Both the position numbers and the translations under genes were made by a program. A stretch of 64,000 bases of DNA from Sminthopsis crassicaudata (taxonomy: Eukaryota), in NCBI RefSeq assembly GCF_048593235.1, contig NC_133618.1, positions 274,251,882 through 274,315,881 on the forward strand, read 5' to 3'. Under the pieces are notes generated by a model. That model was given only the letters and a program-made list of their open reading frames with translations. It made no database searches and was not told where the DNA came from. Below, in pieces: positions 40,731 to 52,381 of this stretch (position 1 is its first letter; every line of letters starts with the position of its first letter).

Positions 40731-43700
40731 TCAGCTGTCTCCGTTTTTTTCAAACTCCAGAATGAGGCTTTTGATGTGTGACAGTTTCTGATGCAGGTAC
40801 TCACAGCGCTGTCTTTCTTCCTTGTAACCTGGACACCGCTGCAGAGACAAAGCTAATATCTTAGATTATTTCCTTGCTTCCAAATTTTCTTTATCTACCC
40901 CAGCCCTAGTCGTACCTTCCTGAATTTTTTGTATTCTTGGACTATCTTGTCTTCTAGCACCTGAAACAAAAAGAAAAAGCATGAACAGCCCTAAATTGAC
41001 CCTCAACTTCACTGAAAAGGAGATAACTTTTTTATTATTGTGTACAGTCTAAACTTTTCTCCCAAAATAGTCATTTAGTGAGTCAGTTTATTAGTTAATG
41101 CGTTTTTTGGGTGTTTTTTGAAAAGGCTGTTTACCTTGTGTTCTGGGGTGCCTCGTTGTACTCTTTTGATCTCCATTCCCAACTGCATGAATCTTCTGCT
41201 GACAGCCCCAACACGTGCATGTAGGGCTCTATACTCTGCATAATCTGCTTCAAAATCTTGCTCATAGACACGACACTGTTCAGTACTATGGATGACTCCA
41301 TATTGCCTGCCAATGCCATAAAATCATCACTCAACTGTCCCCAAAAGTCATTCACCAGCCACAGGAGTATAAGGTCAGGAACAAGTGTCGAAGGGATAAT
41401 ATACTTACAGGAAGTAGTCTGGTGTTTCTCTAGGAAGCAATGGTTCTGGGCCTGTTGAAGACACAAGACTATGAAAGGAAAAGATCTCTCTCTTAACTCT
41501 GCAGGAACTGTCACCCCCATAAATTTTACCTGCTTGTGGTAAGGAACTGTGTTCCTGTCTGGCACCTGCATTGTGGTCTTGTTCCCACTCTTCCCCCTCT
41601 TGTGGATCATGGCTGGGAAGCTCCTGTGGGGTACTGGGACCTCTGGGCCTCTTGTCCTCTGGTTCTGGTAGATCTAGGGAAGGGTGTCGCTTCTAAGAGG
41701 AATTTAAAATCCAGATTTTCAAAACAAGACTTAGTCCTAGCAGATACCTCCCTCTTCCCAACTAGTACCATATAATAGAATTCTGGAAGTAGAACAGTAG
41801 TGTTTATATCCTAAAACTCCAAGAAGAGGGTTCATTGCAGTTTCCAAGCAAAACAAGAAGGATTACTTCTTGAAGCAGATTTTATTTAAAAGGGTATTTG
41901 AAGATCAAAGTGTATGAGCCTTGGTTTCCCTGTTTGTAAAATTAACCATGCTTATGTCATCAGAGAAAAGTGCTCTTAAGCACCATGTTACTGTAAGTTA
42001 TTCAAGGTAGCATTGGATCAACAGCACTGAATTTGGAGTTGACCTATTTCAACTTGGTTCATTTATAGTCTGACTTTTAAGTCATGCCTCTGGGGCTCAG
42101 TTTCCCCTTTAAAATGAGAGTGTCAATTAGATTACCTCAGACCTTTTTCAGCTCTAAATAATCACTCACTATGTTCAAGTGCCTCTGGCTGGACAAGGAA
42201 GAGGGTCTCTGATCTGGCCCTTTTGTGGGGTGAGGACTTGGGTCCCTATAGTGTGAGAAAAAGGAAAAAAGTAGTTTGGAACTTAAATTTAAGAGTGCTT
42301 TTGGATTTCTTGTTGCCAACACTGCCTTTCCTTTTTGCCCTTCCCATTTTATCCCCAAGTACCTCAATACCCACTGTGCCGGATGATCTCTTGAGGATCC
42401 TGGAATAGGCTGTAACTCTTGACTGTTCTCCAGGGGATCCAGCACCTTGGGGAAAGGTGATACTGCCTGAGGTTGGAGACAGCAGTGTCAATCTGGAGCC
42501 CCTTCATTCTTAGGCCTCCAGATCTTTTATTCTAGTACCCCTTAACTCTGGGCCTCACCTCTTCTACGAACAGCTGTGGTTGAGGTCCCACATGCAATCC
42601 ATTGCCCTGCTGGTTCCGTGTTTCCCTAGCACCTTCACCCTGCTGATTTTCCTGAAGTGAAGATGATACTGGTACAGAATCTACAGCAGAGCAGATAGTA
42701 ATTCGCTCTCGAAGAGGACCAAGGCATCGAAGCAGGCCTGGTCCAGATCTGAAGGGGAGTGGAAGAAAGGGAGCAAAGTATATAAAGTACATATAGAAAT
42801 CCTCATTCATCTGGTATGCTATGTACCTCCATTTACCTGCCCAAGCGGTGGCGCACGAGGTCCAGCCCACCTCTTGGCCCATCTGCTCCACATTGGGACA
42901 CTATGAAAGAGAAGAGGCAGGAACAGCCAGGGCCGGGAAGTCGCAGGTACTGAAAGAATAAGTCTAATAAGTTACCTATCTTCCCAGCGAAAGCTAAAGC
43001 TCATCACTTATCGAGTAAACACTTAGGACTTCTACAATTGGCCTGTGACAAGGAACTAGAGTCTCTGGGGGCTTGTTAGTGATACCAAATGCAGCTGGAC
43101 CTGAGCTCCCTCTGGAAGCACAGGCTTCCTCTATCTCTAGGGTCCTTCCTGCCTCACTCTCCCCTCCCCCCGCCCACCAGAGCCTTGTGCCTACACTGAG
43201 GTAGTAGCACCTCGATGCCTGCTCTGGTTAGGCTATTGCACCAGAAGAGGGAAGGCAGCCTGGTGGTTGTGGTGCCGCTCCAATTTCTCTGATCACTCTG
43301 TGGCATAGTCAAAATAGTCTCCCTAGGACCATAGCCTCGGCAACGCCCTTTTGCTCCCATACCCTTCAGTCCTTCACTCACCCCTCGGTTGCCCCGGAAG
43401 GTGATCACAGGTTGGGCCTGAGGGAGACAAGGAGGGAGAGCTGAGGACCAAGAAGTGTCTTCAGCCCCGTTGTAAGGAGATCTCTGATACTTGCCTTCTA
43501 AGTGGCTCAGACAAGTCGGGAATCGGCAGAAGTCTTCGGCACCTTTGCGTCCACAGAGGAGTGGGAAGAGGCAGGGTTTGGGGGTAGGGGGTTGGTGTGT
43601 GGCCGGGGGTGTCCAGGACCAGAGCTACAAGGGTTAAAGAGCTTGTAGAGAAGCCTGTATCTGAGTGGGAGTGCAGGACTGGGGAAAAAGACCTCGGGGT

Positions 43701-43876
43701 GATTGGGAACCAGTCCCGGAGCGACCAGGGAGAAGGGTTCGCACCTGTATCCGATTGCAGTCCTGTAGCGCACGCAAAGCTGAGTCGTTGAGTCGGAGTA
43801 GTAGGAGACTAGTTCGTGGACCAGGAGTGAAAGAGAGCCGCAGCCTCCCGCTCAGAGGCTCCTGTGGCCCCGCCAT
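40731..43876 (-). CDS. ELL3: RNA polymerase II elongation factor ELL3, 386 aa
   Basis: 11 exons: 43876-43745, 43417-43382, 42949-42837, 42748-42559, 42445-42363, 42245-42170, 41692-41530, 41451-41409, 41306-41135, 40960-40916, 40838-40731 (1161 nt). N-term MAGPQEPLSGRLRLSF..TSLLLLRLNDSALRALQDC; C-terminal occludin/ELL domain YEQDFEADYAEYRALHARV..CEYLHQKLSHIKSLILEFE. Confidence 0.95.
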
Positions 43877-44050
43877 GGAAGTGATACTGGAGGCGAGAGC
43901 AATCGAGGCTGCTGCAGAAGTAGGACCACTAGTATCACCACTCCGCTCCAATTTGTCTTTGCCAGATCCACCTAGCCCTGCCCAGCCCAGTCCAGCCCCT
44001 TGGTTTTGACCCCGCCCCTCCTAAGACTCCGCCTCCAGGGCTCTCGGGCC
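43500..44050. promoter_or_regulatory. GC/CpG-rich ELL3 promoter and first exon
   Basis: CpG-rich, GC boxes ccccgcccc (~44010) and ctccgcc (~44030) just upstream of the ATG. Confidence 0.65.
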
Positions 44051-45364
44051 TCTGCCCGCATGCTAGAATCCCTGGTCCCTCAATCTGATCCTCCCAAAGA
44101 GTGAAAGTCTTGCATCTCTGGCCTGAAAGCGGTGGGATCAGGAAGGGATTAGACATTGAGGAACTCTGGAAAAGTTCCTAAAAAAAGAGTGAAGGGAAGA
44201 GCAAAGGGGTCCTGATAGAGTCAGCTTTTTTAGGCAAAATCCTCGTTCCTGCCTCAGTTTCCTCGGCCTAACGTAGAACAAAATGCTTAGCTTTTCTCAG
44301 TCTCGGAATTGTGGACTTCCCGAGGAGTTTTATGTTGCCGTTGCTCCTAGGGGATTGAGGTCACCGCAGAGGGTGGAGGTGAAGGGCTGGGGAGAAGAGG
44401 GACTAAACTAAAGATAGGGCAAGCACCTGCGCTGCTCAGGAAGCTAAGATGAGCCCCTAAAGGGCTAGAAGATGGCAGGTCAGAAGTCCTGATCTCAGCA
44501 TCCCGCTAGGATCCCAAGTGCGAAAACCCGTCTCTTGCCCAGCACACCATGCCAAAAGCTGCCACCTGAAGTCCTGAGCTGACCTTTCCCCAAGGCTGGA
44601 GCAACGGCTGGGCCCTGGGGGTGAGAATAGGAAGGTAGTCTGGACAGCCTTTCGGCTGGGTCAGGCTGGGTGTACCTGACCGGTAAGCGGGTCTGGTGTG
44701 AGCCGTGAAGGGTGCCGGAGATGAGTGGCCTGGGAAGGAGACAATCCAGCTTCGCTCAGGCCACTCCCCACTAGAGACCTGTTGTACCGGCAAGGCAAGA
44801 CTTAGTTTCAGCTTTCTTCCCTAGAGATAAATAGGCTGGTTTGTAAGTGGCTAGTGGAAGAAGCACAGGGCTTTATTCCTAAGACAAGCCAAAGCTGTTG
44901 GGGATCCTAGAGGATAGAAGCTTGGCTGAGGGAGATTTTAAAGGCTGATTTTTCAGCCAGGTCTAAGGCAACCATCCAGGTGTGTTAAAGAGTCGTAATC
45001 CAGATATTTTGCCTCCTGCTTTCTGTTCCCTTACAAGTACGTTCATGCCTGTTTTTTTTCCTGCTCTCCACCCACCTGGATCTTCCTGCCTCACCCTGTA
45101 GACATTCACAACTTCAACTCAACAGATGTTTATTATACTTTACAATGTGGGGCTTTGGGAATGTAATGAAAAGAAAGGTTTGGGCCCTCAAGTTATATTG
45201 TTGTACACAGACCCATAGCTACAAGGTAATCTGTGGGATTAGTGAAAGCCTCACTAAGGAAATGACATTGAAGATGTGTATATCCCACATATAGGGAACA
45301 TTGAGCAAATATGAAAAGGCAGACTGAAAAATTTAGAGTCCAGTGTATCTTTCAATGTTGCATA

Positions 45365-45800
45365 GATAGCCCTGACCTGGGAATCAGGCAGCTAGGTTGT
45401 GCAGGAGGATAGAGTGCTGGCCTTGGAATCAGAAAAACCTGAATTTGAATTCCATCTCATATACTTACTAGCTCTCTGAGCCTGGACAAGTTATGTAACA
45501 TGTTTGCCTCCATTTCCTTAAGTGCAAAATAGGGATGATAGTACCTCCCAGAGTTGTGGTTAGGATCAAATGAGATAGTAATTGTAAGGCACTTGGGAGT
45601 CAGGAAGATTTGAGTTTAGAATTTGTCCCAGTCACTTACTAGCTGTATGATGCTTGATAACTCCCTTAACAAAAAAACAAACAAAAAAACCTGTTGCCTC
45701 AGTTTTCCCACCTGTAAAAAAGGTAAATAGTACCTACTTCCCTGAGTTCTTATAAGGATCAAATAAGGTAGTATTTGTAAAGCACTTTGCAAACTTTACA
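45365..45800 (+). mobile_element. Cluster of tandem MIR/MAR1 CORE-SINEs
   Basis: At least two head-core units (gcagctaggttgtgcag.., gcctccatttccttaagtgcaaaataggga.., gcctcagttttcccacctgtaaaa..gatcaaataaggtagtatttgtaaagcactttgcaaac). Confidence 0.75.
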
Positions 45801-46267
45801 GTGACACATAAATCCTAGAGGTTATCATCTTCAAATTTAAATACTGACCAATTCTTGCTTTAGATAGAGGAAGTGTAAAGATCATCTAAACACTAAGGTG
45901 CTGCCATTCCCATTAGCAGAACAGTAATCAGTTTAAACTGAGAATGGGAAGTAGTCTTCTGGGAGGCATAAGTAGATTTGGTGTTTGTTTTTTCCCCACC
46001 TAGTATTTTCAAACAGTTGTGTGGGGTGAGGGAAGTGGGCAGCAGGCTAGGGATAGGCTGGGAGAGGACCTTAAGGTGAAATGCCTGAAAAATTACTAAA
46101 TTGTCAGGCTGCGTAGCATTGATAGAAACTCTAAAGGATTTGGTGCTTTCTAAATGTTAGAAGCCTTTTGTTTTTGGCTTAGTACCGCCATTGCTTTATT
46201 TTTGGTAGGGTTTGGGTGGGGGGAGAAAAAAAGAGAAGGTAATAAATCTATGGGACTTACCAGTTTA

Positions 46268-46298
<31 letters not shown>

Positions 46299-46734
46299 TG
46301 CAAGAATGTCTTGTCCCCACCTTTGACATTATGACTCAGGTGAACTTCTTTCCAGGGTGGCACAAAGACCACTGGTATTCCTGATCCTTGAGCTTTTCAT
46401 GTCTCACAGTCTCTCACTATGGAGCACAACTCCCTCCCTCCCTCCCTCAGTTCTGGGCTGTCATTCTCCATGCATAGGCACAGACACTGTCCTCTCCTGC
46501 AGTCCACTTTTTTTTTTTTTTTAAACAGAGACTGTGGGTTAGAGTAGAGTGAAATATTACATTGATCACTTCTCAAGATTGTAGATACTTGCAGGGCTTG
46601 CCAGGACATTGAACAGGTCATCCCATCTATCTCCTTGACTTTAGGCATTCCTTTGTCCTTTCCTCCTACCAGACAGCTAGGGATAAAGGTTGGGGGGTGT
46701 TATTACTGTACTTAGACATCTTTGGGAGAATGAC

Positions 46735-46930
46735 TAATCACCTGAATTGCCATCTCCAGTCATTTTGATCTATATCTTGCCACTGGACCCAGATGGCTCT
46801 GGAGGGGAAAGTGAGGCAGGCAACCTTGCCCAGCCCTCCCTCACTTAAATCCATTTCACTTACATGACATGGCAATACTTCCCTAATGTCATGGCCTTCT
46901 TTGAGAATGAAGGACAAATAACAACCCTGT
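46735..46930 (+). mobile_element. RTE-related SINE 3' part
   Basis: gccactggacccagatggctctggaggggaaagtgaggcaggcaaccttgcccagccctccctcacttaaatcc..gagaatgaaggacaaataacaac. Confidence 0.75.
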
Positions 46931-48052
46931 TTTAGTTCTTCAAGCCCTTTGCAACAAGAGGGGTCTTCCCACAGTCCCAATTCCCATATTCTGTGGTATC
47001 TTACCTTATAAGGAGCCAGATATGCCACCAGGATCATGATTCTATATGAAATTAAGCTCCTGAAGATTGCTCCAATTCAGGACCCCAGGGATCTGTTCCC
47101 AGCCAGTGCCTGAACCTGGTCTGGCTGGTGGGAGTGGTGAAATGATCACTTGCAATGAGGATGGGAATGGAGAGGGGAGGGCAGGCTCTCCAGGACAGGT
47201 GCTGTGTACTTGCTGCCTAGTTCTGTGGTGTATTAGTAAATAGTGGATAGGCTTGAGGGAGCAGGATACAGAGGACAGTAGGAGAGATGGAAGATGTGGG
47301 GGAGGAGGGGTCCTTAGGAGCAAGGCCTAGAGACAACCTTTGGGAACAATTTGCCTGAGTTCGCTATAATACTTATATATTCCATCAAGTCCACAGAGCA
47401 TGGAGGATAGAATTTACACCAGCTGGGTGATGGAGTTAAATGTCTGAACAACGTAAAAGCACAACTGAAGGGATTGTCAGGAGAAGCTCTGAGGTCATTT
47501 GGGACCCTTGCAATGTTCAAGCTTTGTTCAGGAAGGGTAAGGTGTATTTGTGGGGTATGGGAATACATTAGGACAAAGGAATAGGGAGGATTGTTACAGC
47601 ACAATCTTGGGAATGGGTGTAACCCGTTGAAATGGGAATGGAGAGGCAAGGCCATTTCAGAACCCCAAGTTCTAGGCCCTCTGACAAAGAGGAAACCTAA
47701 ATTGAGGGCCTCTCATACTTTTATCCTTTTTCCACACTGAGGAAATTCCATGTCTATCCTTAGCTGTTGTCAGAGAAAAGAGATATTCTGCCAGCCCTGG
47801 CTGCCTTGAAGCTGGAACCCACTAACAAGGCAAAATTCGCTAATTAATTCCCTTTGGATATTTTCCCTCTTCCCAGCTCTCCTCAATAGGGTTACTTTCT
47901 GATTTTGGATCTACCCCTGGAATCCCTTATTTCTCTTTCTTCCAATCTTCCCTCCCTTCTAGGTTCACCCCACCCCTTTGCAAAGTTCTAGGAGGGAAAG
48001 GCTAAAACCTCAGAGATATCACCAAAGCAGCCGTCAAGAAAGCAGGGCTGGG

Positions 48053-48279
48053 AAAATAACTGTATGGACATGTACACATATATTGAATTTAACATATACT
48101 TTAACATATTTAACATGTATTGGTCTACCTGCCATCTGGAGGAGGGGGTGGGAGGAAGGAGGGAAAAAGTGGAACAAAAGGTTTTGCAATTGTCAATGCT
48201 GGAAAATCACCCATGCATATGTTTTGAAAATAAAGAGCTATAAAATTAAAAAAAAATTTTAAATTAAAAAAAAAATAAT
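48053..48279 (+). mobile_element. Young 5'-truncated LINE-1 with perfect 14-bp TSD
   Basis: L1 3' terminus (G-rich tract, gttttgaaAATAAAgagctataaaattaaaaa) flanked by aaagcagggctggg at 48039-48052 and 48280-48293. Confidence 0.9.
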
Positions 48280-49422
48280 AAAGCAGGGCTGGGCGATTCC
48301 AATGAAATCAGAGCTCTTCCTCTAGGCTCAGAACACCTAAGCACAGAGCTGTTTTGCTCCCTCGGGCCATCTTTCAGGCACTGGTGATACAGCAGTACAG
48401 TGCAGCAGCAGAGCACATGGTTCCTTGCCCTGATGATCAGTTCCTCTGGCCTGGCCAGTGCCTCCTAAGATGCAGATTCCAGGACATATCTCCCTATCAG
48501 ATTTCTCACTTGGTTGACCCATGATGTTTGGAGTTAGAGGAAGTGACGACTTGAAAAGTAATGTGCCCCAGACTGGCTGTGGAGGCTAGACAGATAACAG
48601 CTGCTGGGTCTCTATGGATGCAAATGATAAGTCTCCAGCTACGACAGCTCTCCTGACATGGGGGAAGTTCTAGTTCCCTTCCACAATTTTTCCTTTTCTT
48701 GCAAAGAAGTCTTAGTTCCCTCATTCTCCCTCCTCAATTCTCTTGTTTAAAATCGCTGTATTAGGGTTAAGAGCAGGGGATTTTTTTGGTTCCCCCTTTA
48801 GCCCAAGAACTACCTAATCTAAATTGAGTGTTTTTCTTCTGATAGACAACTCGGGACCTCTTAATGCATGACATCTTTGTTCTAAGGGCTTTTCTGTGCC
48901 AACTTATGGTTTTTCTTTCACTGTCTAGTCTTTTTTTATTTGTTTTTAGTCTTTTCCCTTCCACCAAAAAAAAAAAAAAAAAAAAAAAAACACAAAAAAC
49001 CAACCAAAAACAAACCACAAAACCCCCCACAAAGAATATTTTTTACTGTTTTTGTGTATCGAGGACATATAGTAACACTAGAAAGCTATCTCTGAAGGGC
49101 AAATAGAGTGTATATTAATAAAGCTGAAATGAACAGCCTGAAAGAAGATAATCAGAAGTTAATTGGCCAAAGAGAAACATTAAAAAAAAGTTGGACTTAA
49201 AAAATATAAAGAAAAAGAGACAGAGGTTTCAAATGGAACAATATAATATATTACACATGGGGTTGTCGCTTTTGAGTGATTTTTTGTGGCCCCGTTTGGA
49301 GCTTTCCTGACGAAGATGTAGAAGGGACTTGCCCTTTCTTTCTCCAGCTCGTTTTCCGGTGACTTGCCCAGGATCTCAAATAGCTGAACTCGCCCCATTT
49401 CAGGGCCAGGGCTTTCTTCAGT

Positions 49423-49436
49423 GTGCCACCTAGCGG
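49423..49436 (-). promoter_or_regulatory. Consensus CTCF motif CCGCTAGGTGGCAC within an inverted MIR/MAR1 head
   Basis: Matches CC(A/G)(C/G)(C/T)AG(A/G)(G/T)GGC(A/G)(C/G) at every position. Confidence 0.6.
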
Positions 49437-50099
49437 CTCTGAGAGAAACCTCCCGGGGCTCGTTGTGCGACTTCAAGCTCGTGTGTAACTGCACCAAAGG
49501 CAGATCCGTATTTGCAGGAGGTCCAAGGGTCAGATTCTTGCCCTGTTCCTTATTCCTTTTCCTGCTTTGGCAAACAAAAATGATCTTGTCTGCCAGCTAG
49601 ATAAAGGAGTCCAAATTTACCATGTCATCAATAAAATCAAGCCAGTTACTGATTTATGTAAAATGGCTTTAGTTTTCTTTAGTTACTTTACAAGCGCCTT
49701 CCGGAGATGCATGTACTGACTTTTAATCAACATAGAGGCTTTTTGTGCTCTTGGACACACAACGGGGTGACAGCTCCAAGAGCAAGCCATGGCTACCATG
49801 CTACAAAAATCCCGCCCTCCCCCCCATTCTAGCTTCTTCCCTCTCTCATCTTTCTCGTTGGGCTCCAGCGCACATGGTTCCGTCACTCTGGACTTTCTAA
49901 CTGCTGATTCCGTGTCTTACTCAAATGGCCCAAGTACGGGTGAGTGTCCTGAGCACAAAGGGCAGCAGTGGCTCAGAGTCCATTTCCGCATCTCGAACCC
50001 TGAAGACCACAGAGCCTAATCCCCTCCCACCTGGAACTTTCCCAATCTCTTTTAGCTATTTCCCACTTAAGCTGTATTTAAGTTTGAATGCATGTTTGT

Positions 50100-51560
50100 A
50101 GGAGCTCCGTGGGGGCGGGGCCGGCCTTTTTTTGCCCCCCGGGCCTTGGCTCGAGGCCCGGCATACGTGGAGCATAGATAAGTGTTTATTGAACGGAATT
50201 ACGGCCGAAGGGTACGTTTTCCTGGGATTTTACAGATGACGACAACCGGATCCAGGACTTATTCACGGACCTTCCTTAGCAGCTACTCCATAGGAAGCGC
50301 TGCTCTCAGTACCTTCCCAAGAGACTGACCTATACCCGCAATGAGGAATCTTGGCAGTCTGCTCTCGGGCGCTCACACATTTAAAGGGTCTGGGATGGAA
50401 CAAGTGAAACAACAAACGGGAACCCTTTCCTGCCAACGCAGGCAACTGGGGCATTCCATCCGGTCACGTGTCGGTTCCCGGGCCGAGGAACTAGGGAGGG
50501 GCCGCCCTTCCGGGAGCGCCTGGTCTCCACCCCAGCCACGTGACACAGCCTATTTTCCTTAGGCCCCGCCCACGCTCTGAATCAGACAGCTCCTCCCTAC
50601 GCTGTGCCCTTCGTCAATGATTCTCCGCCCCCGGGTGAAGGAGTCCGCGGGGTGCCCGTGACTCCACGTGATCCTTATTGACCAATAAAAAGCATCTTTG
50701 GAGGACATGGCGAGGGGGTGGTTTGGGTCGCTGGGGAATTGGGCGAACGCGTCACGTGGCGGGGAAGGGGCGGGGTCGGGGACGGGGACGTCGGAGAGGA
50801 AAGAGCGGACGCCACCGAGTCAAGCCGGAGCCGCTGCCGTCGCCATGACCCGTGAGCACCGCCGCCCCCTCCCTAGCGAGTCCCAAGCGTCTTCCGGAGC
50901 GCGAGGCCTTCCCGGGGAGCCCTTGTCTAGGCCCTTGCTCCGGAATCGCTCCCGAGTGGCGATCTCCAAGCATCGCCACCCCCTCCCCCAGCATGCCAGG
51001 ACCCTCCCTCTTGTACTCCCCCCACTCCCGTCTGGACCCCCTTCTTGCATCCTTGATGCCTAGAACAAGAGCTCCGGGATCCCAGTCTGAGGAGCTCAGC
51101 CCCCTCCCCTTGCCACGCAGAAATCTCCCCTCCCCCATCTGCTCGCTGCAAGCCCCCAAGTAGACGACCCCCCTGCACACGTGTGCTTAGAGACCCCCCT
51201 CCTTCAGCCCCCAATGTGCCTTGTGAAAGCAGCACTTCCCCTTCTCCCCCCACCTTTGATTCGGCTTCACCTCCCCCCTTCATTCTCTGCTTCCTCTTTC
51301 CCTCCCCCCTTCTCGGTTTTCCGTGGTCAGTGTCCGCAGATTGTCCGCTTTCCCGATCCCCAGGCTCGCGGGAGAGGCTTCTCTGAAGTGTCCAGGGTCT
51401 CATCCTTTTTCTGTTCCTTTCTGCAGGCGGTAACCAGCGTGAGCTTGCCCGCCAGAAGAACATGAAAAAGCAGAGCGACTCAGGCAAAGGAAAACGCCGG
51501 GATGACGGGCTCTCTGCCGCTGCCCGAAAGCAGAGGTAGCCCCAGGGAGGGGAGGGAGGG
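50100..51560. promoter_or_regulatory. SERF2 CpG island promoter
   Basis: CpG-dense; four CACGTG E-boxes, two CCAAT boxes, GC boxes ggggcgggg at ~50105 and ~50768. Confidence 0.85.
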
Positions 51561-52123
51561 AGGACCGGAGAGATGGAAGAGCCCAGGAGAGTTAGAAGGG
51601 CATGGGAGTGGGGAAAGGAGGGCCGAGGATGCCTGGGACTGGTACCCATCCGTTTCTTTCAGGGAAGGACTAAGCCATGCTCGAGAATTAGCAGTTTAGG
51701 ATCTTTTTGGAAGGGCTAGGGAAGATCTATCAGAATGACTGAAGAGTCTCCGTTAGTTTTCAAGTAGTGCTGTGTTTCTGGGTCCCATGTTCCCCTCCTG
51801 TACCCCTCTCCCACCCGCACCTTCCCCTTTGGCTCCTGCTGTACGTGTGGTGAGGCACACTGCCGAGATTTTTGGCCATGCAAAGCCAGGTAGCTGTCCT
51901 CTGAGCTCCGGCTCTGCGGCTTCACCATTGTGAGCGTCTCACCTGCACACTGAATTTACCCCTGCCCACATCCTTTTTATCCTCTCTGCCCTTTATCCCC
52001 TGCGTCCTGTCCTTTTTTGCCCTTTGGTACCCCCAGTGCCCCATCATCTCTACCTCCAGGGACTCGGAGATCATGCAACAGAAGCAGAAAAAGGCCAATG
52101 AGAAGAAGGAAGAGCCCAAGTAA
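50845..52123 (+). CDS. SERF2: Small EDRK-rich factor 2, 59 aa
   Basis: Exons 50845-50851, 51427-51535, 52060-52123 give [59 protein letters not shown]. Confidence 0.97.
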
Positions 52124-52375
52124 CTCTATGGCTCATGCCCATCTCTCTTGTCCGTCGACCGTGTGCCTGGAGCCAGTCCCGTCACGCTCTCGCCTCCTCC
52201 TGTAGCGCTCACAGGTCCCAGAACTGATGGCATTCCCTTCGCCCTGTGTCTGCAGTGGGTTCCCTCTGTGCATCCTTCCTCCCCAGGCAGCCTTGCTCTC
52301 CTCCGGGGCATTCCTGGGGGCGAGGGGGCTACCCTCTCCCAGTGTTTTTTATTCCTGTGGGGCTTACCCCAGAGT

Positions 52376-52381
52376 ATTAAA
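52376..52381 (+). terminator. SERF2: SERF2 polyadenylation signal ATTAAA
   Basis: agagtATTAAAagtagctttgtaattcc, followed by GT- and G-rich downstream sequence. Confidence 0.7.

Noticed and set aside
41131-41610. 159-aa minus-strand ORF
   Set aside because: Alternative-frame read across ELL3 exons 7-9 and short introns; real frame is accounted for.
43197-43207. TGAGGTAGTAG, first 11 nt of let-7
   Set aside because: No precursor hairpin or rest of the mature sequence; as a target site it lies in ELL3 intron 2 and would matter only if retained.
47005-47041. Minus-strand 37-nt mini-exon (MILVAYLAPYK|gtaaga)
   Set aside because: Good donor but weak acceptor, no partner exons or protein homology found.
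48966-49030. Poly(A) decaying into (AAAC)n, possible retrocopy tail
   Set aside because: No recognisable body or TSD; treated as simple-sequence expansion.
50698-51649. ORFs of 94-240 aa over the SERF2 promoter and intron 1
   Set aside because: GC-rich island shadows on both strands; no homology or codon pattern.
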